From Barthelona sp. PCE (taxonomy: Eukaryota), in contig JAUFOR010000003.1 in assembly GCA_040285745.1 (NCBI GenBank), positions 1,550,001-1,587,787 on the forward strand: a stretch of DNA of 37,787 nt, given 5' to 3'. Below are positions 10,789 through 20,799 of this stretch, piece after piece. A program made the position numbers and the translations under genes. The notes beneath the pieces were generated by a model. It saw nothing but the letters and a program-made list of their open reading frames with translations, searched no databases and was not told the DNA's origin. Every line of letters starts with the position of its first letter. Position 1 is the stretch's first letter.

Positions 10789-11724
10789 TCAGTGGTGAGA
10801 ATCCTCATGACAGTAATACTTTTTCTTTATCGAAATTTGCAGCACCCCAGCGGTGCAAGCGATCCGAGAAGTGTACCATAAATCGCATGGTGCAAGAAGC
10901 ATAAACAAAGCCCATTTCAAACTTACAAAGCCAACGTTGTTTGGTGTATTAACTACCAGAAAATACTTAACACACTTATTTCCCAGCAAAGAACTTCGTT
11001 GCCGAGCTACCCAATCTGCCTGATGAGCATCATCACCAGTATACTCTTCCTCAATTCTGTTTAAGTGGAATTTTTGCACATCTGCAGTCATGCTATCTCC
11101 AGCCTCAAACTTTGTGAATATCCTTAACAGATACAAAGGAGATGCGGTTGGAATATCGATTAGTTCCGTGTGATCTTCCCAGGAATCAAAAACAAACTCC
11201 TCAAATTCATGAAATTTCCCGTAACCTATGCAAAAACCATGCTTAATAATCGGTCTCTCGGCTTTTAAGTTTGCAATTAGCTCTTCTCCCTTGTTTCTTG
11301 ACATAGAGGACATTGAGTACCTGAATGATGGATATGCAATGCCTAAAAGAGCATTAAGAATCAAGCAAATTACCAATGCTGTTCGCTTGCTACCATATAT
11401 ACAACAAGTGATCAATATAAACAACGTATATAAATCCATCACGATTGAAACTTCCACTCCTGTTTGGGGCATTACTACTTCAGTCTTCATGCACTTATAA
11501 ATTCCAAAAACTAAAGGAAGTGAAACTATAATGCTAATAAACAATGCAACGTACATGTTAGTCATGCTAAGCAGTGATTTCTCCAACACAATACAAATGA
11601 ATATGCAGAAATAAGTCAAAGAACAAACAAAAACATCAATAAGAGTATTTAAACAAAACACAATGCTGTACAAACGATCTGTGGATGAATCTTCATTGAT
11701 ACCCCCATATTCATAACCTTCCAT
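10789..11724 (-). CDS. Multi-pass membrane protein, TMEM151-like
   Basis: 311-aa ORF with about four TMs, LKAERPII, EEFVFDSWEDHT, and a late hydrophobic segment LFMLLAPCDLWY..IKKKY. Confidence 0.6.
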   Translation of the reverse strand: MEGYEYGGINEDSSTDRLYSIVFCLNTLIDVFVCSLTYFCIFICIVLEKSLLSMTNMYVALFISIIVSLPLVFGIYKCMKTEVVMPQTGVEVSIVMDLYTLFILITCCIYGSKRTALVICLILNALLGIAYPSFRYSMSSMSRNKGEELIANLKAERPIIKHGFCIGYGKFHEFEEFVFDSWEDHTELIDIPTASPLYLLRIFTKFEAGDSMTADVQKFHLNRIEEEYTGDDAHQADWVARQRSSLLGNKCVKYFLVVNTPNNVGFVSLKWALFMLLAPCDLWYTSRIACTAGVLQISIKKKYYCHEDSHH

Positions 11725-11993
11725 TGCTGTTAGAAGGTAAGAAAAGCAAATACAATGTTTCGAAGCAAATTTTTTTCATATAAAGCAGAAATTGTTCCAT
11801 TAAAACAGTGTAAAATTTAAAAGAAATGAAAAAGGAAAGAATCACAACAATCTACCATAATTAGAGAATTGTAAACTGTTTTTGTGGCATTTACCGTGCA
11901 CACGAAACCATTATCCTTAAATATACAAACCCATAAAAGCTCCTATCATTTGAAATTTTGGAAAAAGCGTTTTTTGTATTTCACACCTTTTCA

Positions 11994-14201
11994 ATGAGTG
12001 ACAAAGTCGCAAGATGGGAAGAAGAGCTTAAGAGCGAAATCTCTGCACGTGCAAATGATATTTTAACACCCAGCAAGAAGAATCTCGAAATCCCAATGTC
12101 CCCTGACGCTGCACCTCCTGTAGCAACGCCTGTTCGCCTTGTACACGACCATGAGCACGCTCTCAAACAGGTACTGGAAGACTACGTTTGTGTTTCATGT
12201 AACAACCTCTCCAAAAAGCCTGTATCTTTTCCATGTGGATGTTGCGCGTGCGCTGTGTGTCTGAAGGATCTCAACGCCGAAGTGATGAACCCGAATCTGC
12301 TTAGCATTGCATGTTGTCCAAAACACCCCGAATCCGCAGTTCCTCTCAAGAATACAAGGATTAATGAGCATATCATCCATAAGATAGAGACCACAGCCAG
12401 AATGCTACGCGCAGAGGAAGAGGCTATGAAGAGCGAGGACGTTATATGTGAGAACTGTAGCGAACGTCTTGCAACTCTTCGTTGTATCGAATGCTCGGGT
12501 TTTCTGTGTCAAACGTGCAGCGGAGATATCCACAAACTCAACATGTTTAAAAACCACAACGTTGTGGATATTGCTGACCAGAATGTAGTTCAAATCAACG
12601 TAGGATTGCCAGAAGAGGAGCGTATTGTTTTCCCTGCAAACGATTTCATCGTTCCCACCCACTGCGATGCGCACAGCAAAATGTACTCGTACTACTGTGC
12701 TGACTGCGTTTGCCTTGTTTGTCCTGACTGTTGTATGGACACGCATTCGCACCACCAGATTGTAGACCTGGGCTCTGCATCAAATCTTATCCAAAAGCAG
12801 TTTGGTGTGGCTCGAAAACACATCTCATCGACGTTCAGTAAGATGGCCTCACACCTTCATGAACTGCATGACGCTGAAAACGCCACCGAGGAGCGCCTGA
12901 GGGAACGCATTGAGCAGATAACGTTTGATGTCGCGAAAATGATTGACCTTCTTAAGGTTAGGCAGGCAGAGCTCATTAGAGACGTGATGAGCGAAGAGTT
13001 CTCCCACTTGGAGCAGAATGATGAAGAGAAGGAGTTGTTTTACTCGAACATAAATATTCTAAAGAAGGGTATGGCAGCACTCCGCAAAGCAGATGAATAC
13101 GTTGAGCAACAGGATACATTTAATTTTGTCTACTGTTTCACCATCATGAACGACGCACTCCAAAATCTCAACTTGTTCGAGGACATCATTGAGGACCAAT
13201 TCGCCATATCTACCGGATTTGACAAAGGGGAGGTTCTGGCACAGATCCTTGAGCATGAGGCACGCATCCCTAAGAAGCGTACCGCAGATAAGGAGGAGGC
13301 AGGTTCTCTAGCCGTAAACAGCCTAGTCCACGAGATTATGGCTTATCAAATGGGGAACGCGACGCTTCAAAACAATTTATCGTCGTTTGGTCTTGGGGTC
13401 AACCACTCGTTCCCGATGCTATCGAGCGAGCACGCAATTCAACTGCAGGAGTGGTTGGGGCAGGACAACAAGTGGAGGCCCATCTATAACGCAGAAAACG
13501 ATGGATTTTCTGCATCTATATTCCACCAAAAGTGCGATAACAGGGGTCCAACCGTCACAATCGTGTATACTCCTGACGGCGCCATTTTTGGTGGATTTAC
13601 ACCGGTGCCTTGGGGTGTCTTGCTTGATTCCCATCCGGACGCAAGCGGAACGTCATTTCTCTTTTCATTGTGCAGACCTGGCGCCAAACAATTGGGTACA
13701 AATGCAGCTCTGCAGATGGCTCAGGATGATGGTGTCACCCTATCAACATCAACAGGTCGAAGAGCAAGTCTTGCCTTTAAGGACAAGAGGGACAGTATCG
13801 TTAGTAACACAAAGTCGTACCTTTCTTCGCCTGGACGTTCACCTAAGCGCCTCAAGAGGGACAAACGCATCGCTGATCGTCAACGTGAAAGAAAGCGTGT
13901 TTCGGATCTCGATGTCCAACGTGTGCTCAACAAACCCGTTAAGCTCGTCGTTCGTCACCGTAACTCTGCTGTGTTCCACCGTAGCTCTCATGGTCCGTGC
14001 TTTGGAGGTATGAAAAATGATCACGATTTGTATATAACACACAATGCCAACGTGAACGGTGGTTACGCTCAGTTAGGCTTATCTTATGCTTTCCCCGGCC
14101 GTGAAGTTTGCCCCAGCCAGAAGGAAGGCCAGTTCTTCTTTACAGGATCTCACCACTTCAAGGTCAAGAATGTTGAAGTTTATACACTCATCCAAGAGTA
14201 A
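11994..14201 (+). CDS. RING / two B-box / coiled-coil (TRIM-like) protein with a C-terminal TLDc domain
   Basis: RING CVSC..PCGCCACAVC..CPKH; B-box CENC..CIEC..LCQTC..H..H; B-box CDAH..YCADC..VCPDC..H..H; helical region; TLDc DGFSASIFHQKCDNRGPT..IFGGFT..HGPCFGG..VEVY. Confidence 0.88.
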   Translation: MSDKVARWEEELKSEISARANDILTPSKKNLEIPMSPDAAPPVATPVRLVHDHEHALKQVLEDYVCVSCNNLSKKPVSFPCGCCACAVCLKDLNAEVMNPNLLSIACCPKHPESAVPLKNTRINEHIIHKIETTARMLRAEEEAMKSEDVICENCSERLATLRCIECSGFLCQTCSGDIHKLNMFKNHNVVDIADQNVVQINVGLPEEERIVFPANDFIVPTHCDAHSKMYSYYCADCVCLVCPDCCMDTHSHHQIVDLGSASNLIQKQFGVARKHISSTFSKMASHLHELHDAENATEERLRERIEQITFDVAKMIDLLKVRQAELIRDVMSEEFSHLEQNDEEKELFYSNINILKKGMAALRKADEYVEQQDTFNFVYCFTIMNDALQNLNLFEDIIEDQFAISTGFDKGEVLAQILEHEARIPKKRTADKEEAGSLAVNSLVHEIMAYQMGNATLQNNLSSFGLGVNHSFPMLSSEHAIQLQEWLGQDNKWRPIYNAENDGFSASIFHQKCDNRGPTVTIVYTPDGAIFGGFTPVPWGVLLDSHPDASGTSFLFSLCRPGAKQLGTNAALQMAQDDGVTLSTSTGRRASLAFKDKRDSIVSNTKSYLSSPGRSPKRLKRDKRIADRQRERKRVSDLDVQRVLNKPVKLVVRHRNSAVFHRSSHGPCFGGMKNDHDLYITHNANVNGGYAQLGLSYAFPGREVCPSQKEGQFFFTGSHHFKVKNVEVYTLIQE

Positions 14202-14318
14202 TTGTTCTTGTTTTTGTAAATCTGACATGTGATTGGTGACTATTTCCACAATGATTAATACAAGTGAGTCTGAAAACAAATCTAAACTCCCATTAAAAAA
14301 ATTCTTTCCCATTTCACG

Positions 14319-15473
14319 ATGCCACGTCAGCTAGGATTTAAGCTGATTGCAGCATTCTTTTGTGTGGGCTTTGCATGCATGAACTTCATTCTTGGACTCT
14401 GGTCTGAGTGCATTATTTACCAACACGCCCTCCCTGGTGCAAAGAAAATTAATTCACAAATTTCTATGGTCTATAACCTCGCAAACATTGTCCCTGTCAT
14501 ATATTCGATTCTAATTAATCGATTTAAGATTAAAACCAACGAATTCAGAATCCAGAGTATCTTACTGTTCATTAATATAGTTAATTCTATAGCATATTTC
14601 TTCCTTTGGGACTATACAGCCTCGGGTTTACCGATGGGAATGTATGCCCTCAGTTTCGTATGTGGAATAACAGCTACTTTTTCTATGGTTGTCGTTTTTC
14701 CCCTGTGTCATGGTCATCCGCACAGCGCAATCACATCTGTCTCATCTGGTATGTCCTTTTCTGGTGTTCTTTGCAGCTTGGTTGCCACATACATTCAGAA
14801 GGTGGGTAAAACGCCCAACTTCTCAAGCTCTGTGTTTTTCGGTGTTATGATTCTTCCGTCATCGATTCTGGGTTTTTTGGCACTGTACTACATCAAATAC
14901 GCAGCCCCTGAAGAAAAATCGGAAGGTTACAAGCTCGTCTCAACCGAACTTGTTGAATTACAGAATGAACAGGATGCAGATGAAGAAGGTTCAGCTGTGG
15001 ACGTTGTGATAGCCATGGGGGTTGTCTCTGCTGTTTACTACTTCATACTTCCTGGTCTCATTCCTTATGTCTTTCAGCATTTCCCAGAGAAAGAGAGCGA
15101 CGTTTTTCAGAGCTACGCTACCCTATATGCAATGCTCATCAACTTTGTAGCACGCCTTATGGTGTCCCTTCGTAGAAATTACACATTCCGAGTTGAGTTT
15201 TTGTTGCTTTCACTCATCGGCGCGTATCTCATCTATACAGCTGTTCCAGGCAGTTTTGTATTGAACGGATATGCGCTGGTCGGCATGTTTGTTGCTCTAT
15301 CGTACTTCCAGGGTTACCTTGCGACTGTTCTCTACATAATAGGTCCCGACCGTTTTAATGGCGAACTGAAGAAGAAGGGAACTTCTCGCTTAATAGGTGT
15401 CGTTAATCAGATAGGTTCGACCGTAGGAACATACGCCAACGGATTCTTGGTCATGCACCAAGTATTTGGGTGA
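14319..15473 (+). CDS. SLC52 (riboflavin transporter)-like multi-pass membrane protein
   Basis: About 10-11 hydrophobic segments. GLWSE..LPG..I..QISMVYNLANI, GMSFSG, PNFSSSVFF, ILPGLIPY and QIGSTVG resemble SLC52A. Confidence 0.7.
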   Translation: MPRQLGFKLIAAFFCVGFACMNFILGLWSECIIYQHALPGAKKINSQISMVYNLANIVPVIYSILINRFKIKTNEFRIQSILLFINIVNSIAYFFLWDYTASGLPMGMYALSFVCGITATFSMVVVFPLCHGHPHSAITSVSSGMSFSGVLCSLVATYIQKVGKTPNFSSSVFFGVMILPSSILGFLALYYIKYAAPEEKSEGYKLVSTELVELQNEQDADEEGSAVDVVIAMGVVSAVYYFILPGLIPYVFQHFPEKESDVFQSYATLYAMLINFVARLMVSLRRNYTFRVEFLLLSLIGAYLIYTAVPGSFVLNGYALVGMFVALSYFQGYLATVLYIIGPDRFNGELKKKGTSRLIGVVNQIGSTVGTYANGFLVMHQVFG

Positions 15474-15503
15474 ATAAATAGCTTGAATTTACTTAATTTC
15501 TCT

Positions 15504-15920
15504 CTATCTACCTAATAAATCTGCAATTAGATCGTCTGCCTGTGACAGGAGTTCTGTTTGCTCTTGTGGAGGGTCGAATTCATGTAATTGCCGACGCCAT
15601 TTGCGCACCACATAGTCAAAAGCTCTTTTTGACATTTTCACTTCAGGGTCTGGTGTTACAGGATGATCTTCGGTACGATCCTCCCGTGGTACAGTATTTA
15701 TGAAGTTTTTGTAGCCCACAGTCTGGTATCCGAACTCGATTTGCTTATTGCGTTGTGCAATTCTACGAGGATTCGTTTCTTTTTCATCACCCAACATTAA
15801 AAGATCCTCAAACGGTGAATTCGGGGATTGAGGTGTGTTCATCAGCTCTGAATCCATCAAATCAACTGGAGAGAACATATTTTCGTTCATAGTACTAATG
15901 TCATCGTTTAATCCTTGCAT
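15504..15920 (-). CDS. SLBP: Histone mRNA stem-loop binding protein
   Basis: RNA-binding domain ETNPRRIAQRNKQIEFGYQTVGY..HPVTPDP..SKRAFD..VRKWRRQLHEFDP. Confidence 0.92.
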   Translation of the reverse strand: MQGLNDDISTMNENMFSPVDLMDSELMNTPQSPNSPFEDLLMLGDEKETNPRRIAQRNKQIEFGYQTVGYKNFINTVPREDRTEDHPVTPDPEVKMSKRAFDYVVRKWRRQLHEFDPPQEQTELLSQADDLIADLLGR

Positions 15921-16044
15921 TTGTATGATATTTGTGCTGTATGCTTAATTTAGCCCTAATATTCAAGTAAACAATACTCTGTAAGAACAGAAATGGGTGC
16001 TTTTCACAATTATACTCTATACACATTTCATATCATCATGTGAC

Positions 16045-16866
16045 ATGGCTACTTACTTTAGAAACCAGCGACCTTTCATAGTACGCTACTTTAAAGGGCT
16101 TATTGGAGTTCTTTTGAATGATTTAACACTTGTTTTTTCTTCTACTGTAGATCGAGGCCTTTACTACTCAAGGGCACCCTTTTATGACTCATCAGTTCTA
16201 ATTTTAACCCTGGATCATACATGCTACGCGATATACATGCACAGTAAGTTGTTGATTGCTCTTACACGTAAAACGATCTACTTGTTCAGCCTTAAAGAGT
16301 CATGTGCAAGCCAAATACAATTATATACTCAGCTCAGATGTCCAATGCCACCAATATACTTCCTCAGTGCGTCTTCCATTTTCTACATGGGAGAATCACT
16401 ATCACATTATCAAAATAGTTCAGACGCGGAGCTTTGGTTCAAAATTACGGAAGTAGATGGTGCTGTAAGCATTTCAACTTTCTCAAAGCAGCGCTTCTTG
16501 TTCTCCAAAATTATTGTGATCAAAGAGAGGTCGCTACGATTATATAGGCAATACACATTCACAGACTTCGATATCCTCCTTTCTCGTGAAAAGAATTTGT
16601 ATATATGGCGGGGTGAAACCCTGAAACATGTGACCATATTGGATTTCCCGTTTGATGAGCTTTTTATCACCAATAGCTTTGATTTTGTGGCCTTTCGTGA
16701 ACGAGAAGGGAGGTTTGATTTCTATGAATTGAAGAAAACACGGACGGTGATTAGATCAAACCTACTCTTCTCTTTTCCATGTGTTTCATCAGTTACATAC
16801 CCTAATTTCTTCCTGAGAGCCGATGTGTCTCATTCGCAAACTGTTTTCCTAATCGGAATCACATAA
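16045..16866 (+). CDS. Hypothetical beta-strand-rich protein
   Basis: Long ORF between known genes, first ATG at 16045; no motif recognised. Confidence 0.55.
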   Translation: MATYFRNQRPFIVRYFKGLIGVLLNDLTLVFSSTVDRGLYYSRAPFYDSSVLILTLDHTCYAIYMHSKLLIALTRKTIYLFSLKESCASQIQLYTQLRCPMPPIYFLSASSIFYMGESLSHYQNSSDAELWFKITEVDGAVSISTFSKQRFLFSKIIVIKERSLRLYRQYTFTDFDILLSREKNLYIWRGETLKHVTILDFPFDELFITNSFDFVAFREREGRFDFYELKKTRTVIRSNLLFSFPCVSSVTYPNFFLRADVSHSQTVFLIGIT

Positions 16867-16891
16867 GTAAACGTTTTCATTTTTCTTACCA

Positions 16892-17395
16892 ATGTCTTTT
16901 CTGCAACGTTTATTTTGCGGATGTTGCGGGGGTGCTGCTTCAAACCGTATCGTACACGAGAATTTGGGGAGACTCCAAGAAATGAACCCAAAGCTAAATT
17001 GCGCCGTCATTCTCAACGCACAGGGATCAATCATACAACACAGTACATCAGAGGGCATAAATATAGCCTCGCTTGAACCTAGTTTTAAGGTCTTACTCCA
17101 GAACATGTCATCCATTACCGATTTTCAAACTCCAGCCCGGATAATCATGATCGGTATTAAGCGCACAATGATACTTATGTATCTACCGACAGCGAACAGC
17201 ATTGTTGAGCTTGAATTAAACGATTTCGATCAATCAGGAGATTTGGTTTCCTTACAAAATAATTGGACTCGCATTCTAGCGCTGGTGTTCAATAACGAGC
17301 AACAACCATTTAATTTACAGGAGTGTGAGGCGTTTCTCGTTCAGCAACAATTCAAAACAATCGTTTATAATCTGGCAATGGTGTATCCAAACTAA
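16892..17395 (+). CDS. Small protein with an N-terminal Cys cluster and a possible roadblock/longin-like fold
   Basis: ATG-initiated 167 aa; LFCGCCGG; helix followed by CAVILNAQGSII hairpin. Fold call is tentative. Confidence 0.6.
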   Translation: MSFLQRLFCGCCGGAASNRIVHENLGRLQEMNPKLNCAVILNAQGSIIQHSTSEGINIASLEPSFKVLLQNMSSITDFQTPARIIMIGIKRTMILMYLPTANSIVELELNDFDQSGDLVSLQNNWTRILALVFNNEQQPFNLQECEAFLVQQQFKTIVYNLAMVYPN

Positions 17396-17409
17396 TTTCT
17401 TCTTTTGTT

Positions 17410-18942
17410 CTATTTAGATGTTATCTTTGATTTAAATGATTCCAACGCGAGCTGTGCCATCTTTTCAATCTCCTGATCCAACGTTTCACAGCCGTCACTG
17501 TCTTCCTTGAACACCGCCTCAACTAAGTCCTCTGGTTTGGATTCCGGTTCGCTTTCCTCTACAAACGGAGAGTTTGCATATGTCACCGGTTTTTGTGGAG
17601 GTGGCTGTAGTGACTTGATGAGCACATCAATCTTACCCATTATATCCTGCCGAATGGCCGGAATCGTCTTACCCTCCAACTGCAGTAGCTGCATCAGCTT
17701 TATCACAGCATCGTTGAACACTCGCTCGCAGTCATCGATCTGAAGCGAAGGTGTAAATGGTTTGGGCTCTCTCTCATACTTTGGCACACCCAAAACTTCA
17801 TCTGGATCCTGCAATTTAGGTCCATCAGGATCCCGTAGAAAAGCAAGGGGGTTGAGTAAAGGAAAGACGATGAGCTCAATACATTCCTTAACGTAGGCAA
17901 TGTCGTCTTCGCTGAGATCAAAGGCTGATCCTATTTCTTCAGCTACACCTCCCGTTGTGTCGTCCTTCTTGCGGAAACCAAAGCTCACGACCTTCTTCTT
18001 CGAGAGATGACGAAGCAAAACCTGCATCTTAATTTCCTCGTCTGTGTCTCCCACAAACTCAACAACAACGTCTCTGTTGAACAACGGTTTGGGACGCTCA
18101 ATCACAACTGTCCTGTCTATGCTGTCGAGAAGCGCCAGAAGGTCGGTTGCACTCGGTCTCTGCTCTTTTGGATATAGGCAAATATCAATTAAGCTCAGAA
18201 TGAAGGGATCTGCAACCTGCGATCTGGATTTCGGGAGCAACCCGTCCTTCAGCGCACCAAATATCTGGCCATCCGTCTTACATTCTGCGTAAGGAGTTTG
18301 TTTTGTAGTCATTTCCAGTAGGCAAAGTCCGAAAGCCCAAATGTCGATTAACTCGTTGTAATTCTCGCTAAACGTCTCGGGGGCCATGAAACCCGGTGTT
18401 CCGATGATGGACCTGGCATTACCTGAGTCAAGCATAAACGTGCTTAGGCCTAGATCGCCAATCTTGATCTGACCGGTTGCACCGTTAACGAATATGTTCG
18501 AACACTTGAGATCACGATGGATGATGCTCTTTCCGTGGAGATACTCGAGCGCAAGTAGTATTTGTCTTGCCCACCGCAGAATAACTTTGGTGTTAATCGG
18601 TTTCGTCTCAGTATACTCTCGTAAATTACCAGAAGTCATGTATTCTGTAATAAAAACAACGTGCTTTGAGTCCTCCGATCGAAAGGCATCAGAGCAGCTG
18701 ATGATATGAGGATGAGTAAGTGTTCGAAGTAGCTCGATCTCATTCTGAAGTTTAGCTACCTCTTTGTCGGTGTATCGCTCCAGGTCGAGGCTATTCCAAG
18801 CAACCTCGATACCTGCATGTTGATCAAAGGCTTTAAAAACTTTTTTGAAGCTACCACGACCTAACAGTTCACCCTGATGTGAGTATCGCTCATCTGGCGA
18901 TTTGTACTCCAATGCAGGAGATTTTGTTCTAATATCTTGCAT
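17410..18942 (-). CDS. WNK: WNK family Ser/Thr kinase
   Basis: LGRGSFKKVFKAFD..GIEVAWN (catalytic Lys in subdomain I), HRDLKCSNIFVNG, KIGDLGL, GTPGFMAPE; CCT-like region VSFGF..DT..VAEEI. Confidence 0.95.
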   Translation of the reverse strand: MQDIRTKSPALEYKSPDERYSHQGELLGRGSFKKVFKAFDQHAGIEVAWNSLDLERYTDKEVAKLQNEIELLRTLTHPHIISCSDAFRSEDSKHVVFITEYMTSGNLREYTETKPINTKVILRWARQILLALEYLHGKSIIHRDLKCSNIFVNGATGQIKIGDLGLSTFMLDSGNARSIIGTPGFMAPETFSENYNELIDIWAFGLCLLEMTTKQTPYAECKTDGQIFGALKDGLLPKSRSQVADPFILSLIDICLYPKEQRPSATDLLALLDSIDRTVVIERPKPLFNRDVVVEFVGDTDEEIKMQVLLRHLSKKKVVSFGFRKKDDTTGGVAEEIGSAFDLSEDDIAYVKECIELIVFPLLNPLAFLRDPDGPKLQDPDEVLGVPKYEREPKPFTPSLQIDDCERVFNDAVIKLMQLLQLEGKTIPAIRQDIMGKIDVLIKSLQPPPQKPVTYANSPFVEESEPESKPEDLVEAVFKEDSDGCETLDQEIEKMAQLALESFKSKITSK

Positions 18943-19796
18943 ATAACTTGCTAAAAAAACTGTAACAATAAATGCTAATAAAATGAAACAAAATGATACT
19001 CAAAAACACAAATTTGGTGCTAGAAGAGTATTCTTGTGAATGGAAATGCTCAAAAAAAAGACAAACGGAATGTTTTCCCAAACATCTTCAATTTCATAAC
19101 TTTTATGGGTGTTGAGGACTTTTATCCACCTAAAATCCTGCACTCAATATTGTAAATTCTAGATAAACCTTTTATTCGAGACTTTTTGCCTAAAAAACCT
19201 ATCTCTAACAAAAAGTCTCTAATCTTCGATCATTTTCAAGTACAAGAACTCACATAACTTCATTCACTAATTCTATTCGGTTATAAAACCAAAATGAAAA
19301 ACAGAATATGCAGGTTTCGAATAGCTCCTGTTACATTCTGTCTTTGTGTGTTACAGTGTATAATAAGTGTTTTTGAGCCTTAAGAAGATTTTCAATGACG
19401 AATTCAGGCAAAAGGAAGTTTTCGAAAAAACAACCATTTTTTGTGATTTTTGGAGATGGAAATTTCACTAAAGCCTTTTTCTTGCTGTTATATGCTGTAT
19501 AGCGATACAGTAGACCACATATTCAAATATTTAAGAAGGAAAAGATGAGCTTGCTTTTAGGGTTTCTTTTATACATTCTATATGGATAAAAAGTACCCCA
19601 TATATCAGATATAGCCGGGCAAAGCTGCTATCAATCCATGCAATACCAAGCGATCTTGTAAAAAATGTCAAAACACTCAAGTCCACATATTCATTCATAT
19701 TTCTCTGCACAATCGATTTTTGCAGACAATTTAATGCCCTGCACGAACAAAAAAAAACCTATTAGGTTGTTTTACCTTTTCTTTCTATTTCTCATC

Positions 19797-20759
19797 ATGG
19801 GTTGTTGCAAGGGTGGAAAGTGTTCCGAATCAAAAGAGGCTGAAGGCTGCCGTAAGTGTTGTGCCTGTCGAAAATTGTTAATTCCTCTTTTGTTCATTGC
19901 TATTGCGTTTTTTGTTTATGTATGTTAAAGAATACTCAAATGTGCAGGTTCTAATATTTAGAGACGCGTTCCCAGTGTCCATAAGGAAGTGAATGAAGCT
20001 ATTGTTTACTTGAAGGGTCTTGCCCCCACAATTCCTTTAGAATTTGAGGTTTTCGTTAACAATCTTAAGCAAATCATCGGAAAGGGCCTCAAGTGTACCG
20101 AAACAATGGTTACCAAGAAGTTCCCTAACTTAACCAAGCCTTGGATTTATAAGGTTGTATTTTTCAGCACTCTGGTCGTCATCCAATCTCTGTCCCTCCT
20201 CATTCTCCGTCTTGTCGCTTGTGCATTGTACAAGTGCTGCTTTATGAAGATGCTTATCAAATTCATCCGTGTTGCTTCCATGTTCGGTCTTACCATCGCC
20301 CTCACTGCATGGCTGGTACTCAGGGAGCAGGAGGAGCTCAACCCTCTGAAGTGGTTCGGTGCTCACCCTGAGACCGCCGCCCGCATCGGCTGTATCTTTG
20401 TCTCTCTTTACCTGGTTCTCGTCATCTCTCTAATGACCACTCCCTGCCGCGCCATGCAATCCATCTGGTTCACAGGTGTTATGCTCGACGCTGCTTATTT
20501 CATCTGGAAGCTCGGGTCCAACTGGACTGTTTCCAAAATGCTCGTTGAGATTGGTCACCACCTCAAGCTCTTCACTGTCACATGTTGGTTCATGAGCTTT
20601 ATCATCTTTGCTGTCCAAGCATGCCCCAAGTGCCACGGTAAGAAGAAGTGCTGCAAGTCAAAGTGTAAGTCAAAATGTGATAAGAAGACAAAGTGCTGTG
20701 GCAAGAAATCTAAGTGCTGCAAGGGAAAATCCAAGAAGTGCTGCAAGAACAGAAAGTAA
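19797..20759 (+). CDS. Two-exon multi-pass membrane protein with Cys/Lys-rich termini (exons 19797-19919 and 19962-20759)
   Basis: Removing 19920-19961 joins MGCCKGG..FFVY in frame to RRVPSVHKEVNEAIVY; about seven hydrophobic segments. Confidence 0.8.
19920..19961 (+). other. 42-nt spliceosomal intron
   Basis: GTATGT...TTCTAATATTTAG; contains an in-frame TAA; removal gives a continuous ORF. Confidence 0.85.
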
Positions 20760-20799
20760 GAGCGCTCTGCAATAAAACTGTTTAGTTTATTTTAATGTA

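Noticed and set aside
19493-19512. Hairpin CTGTAT-AGCG-ATACAG in the long spacer as an ncRNA
   Set aside because: A single short stem is expected by chance, and there is no other support.
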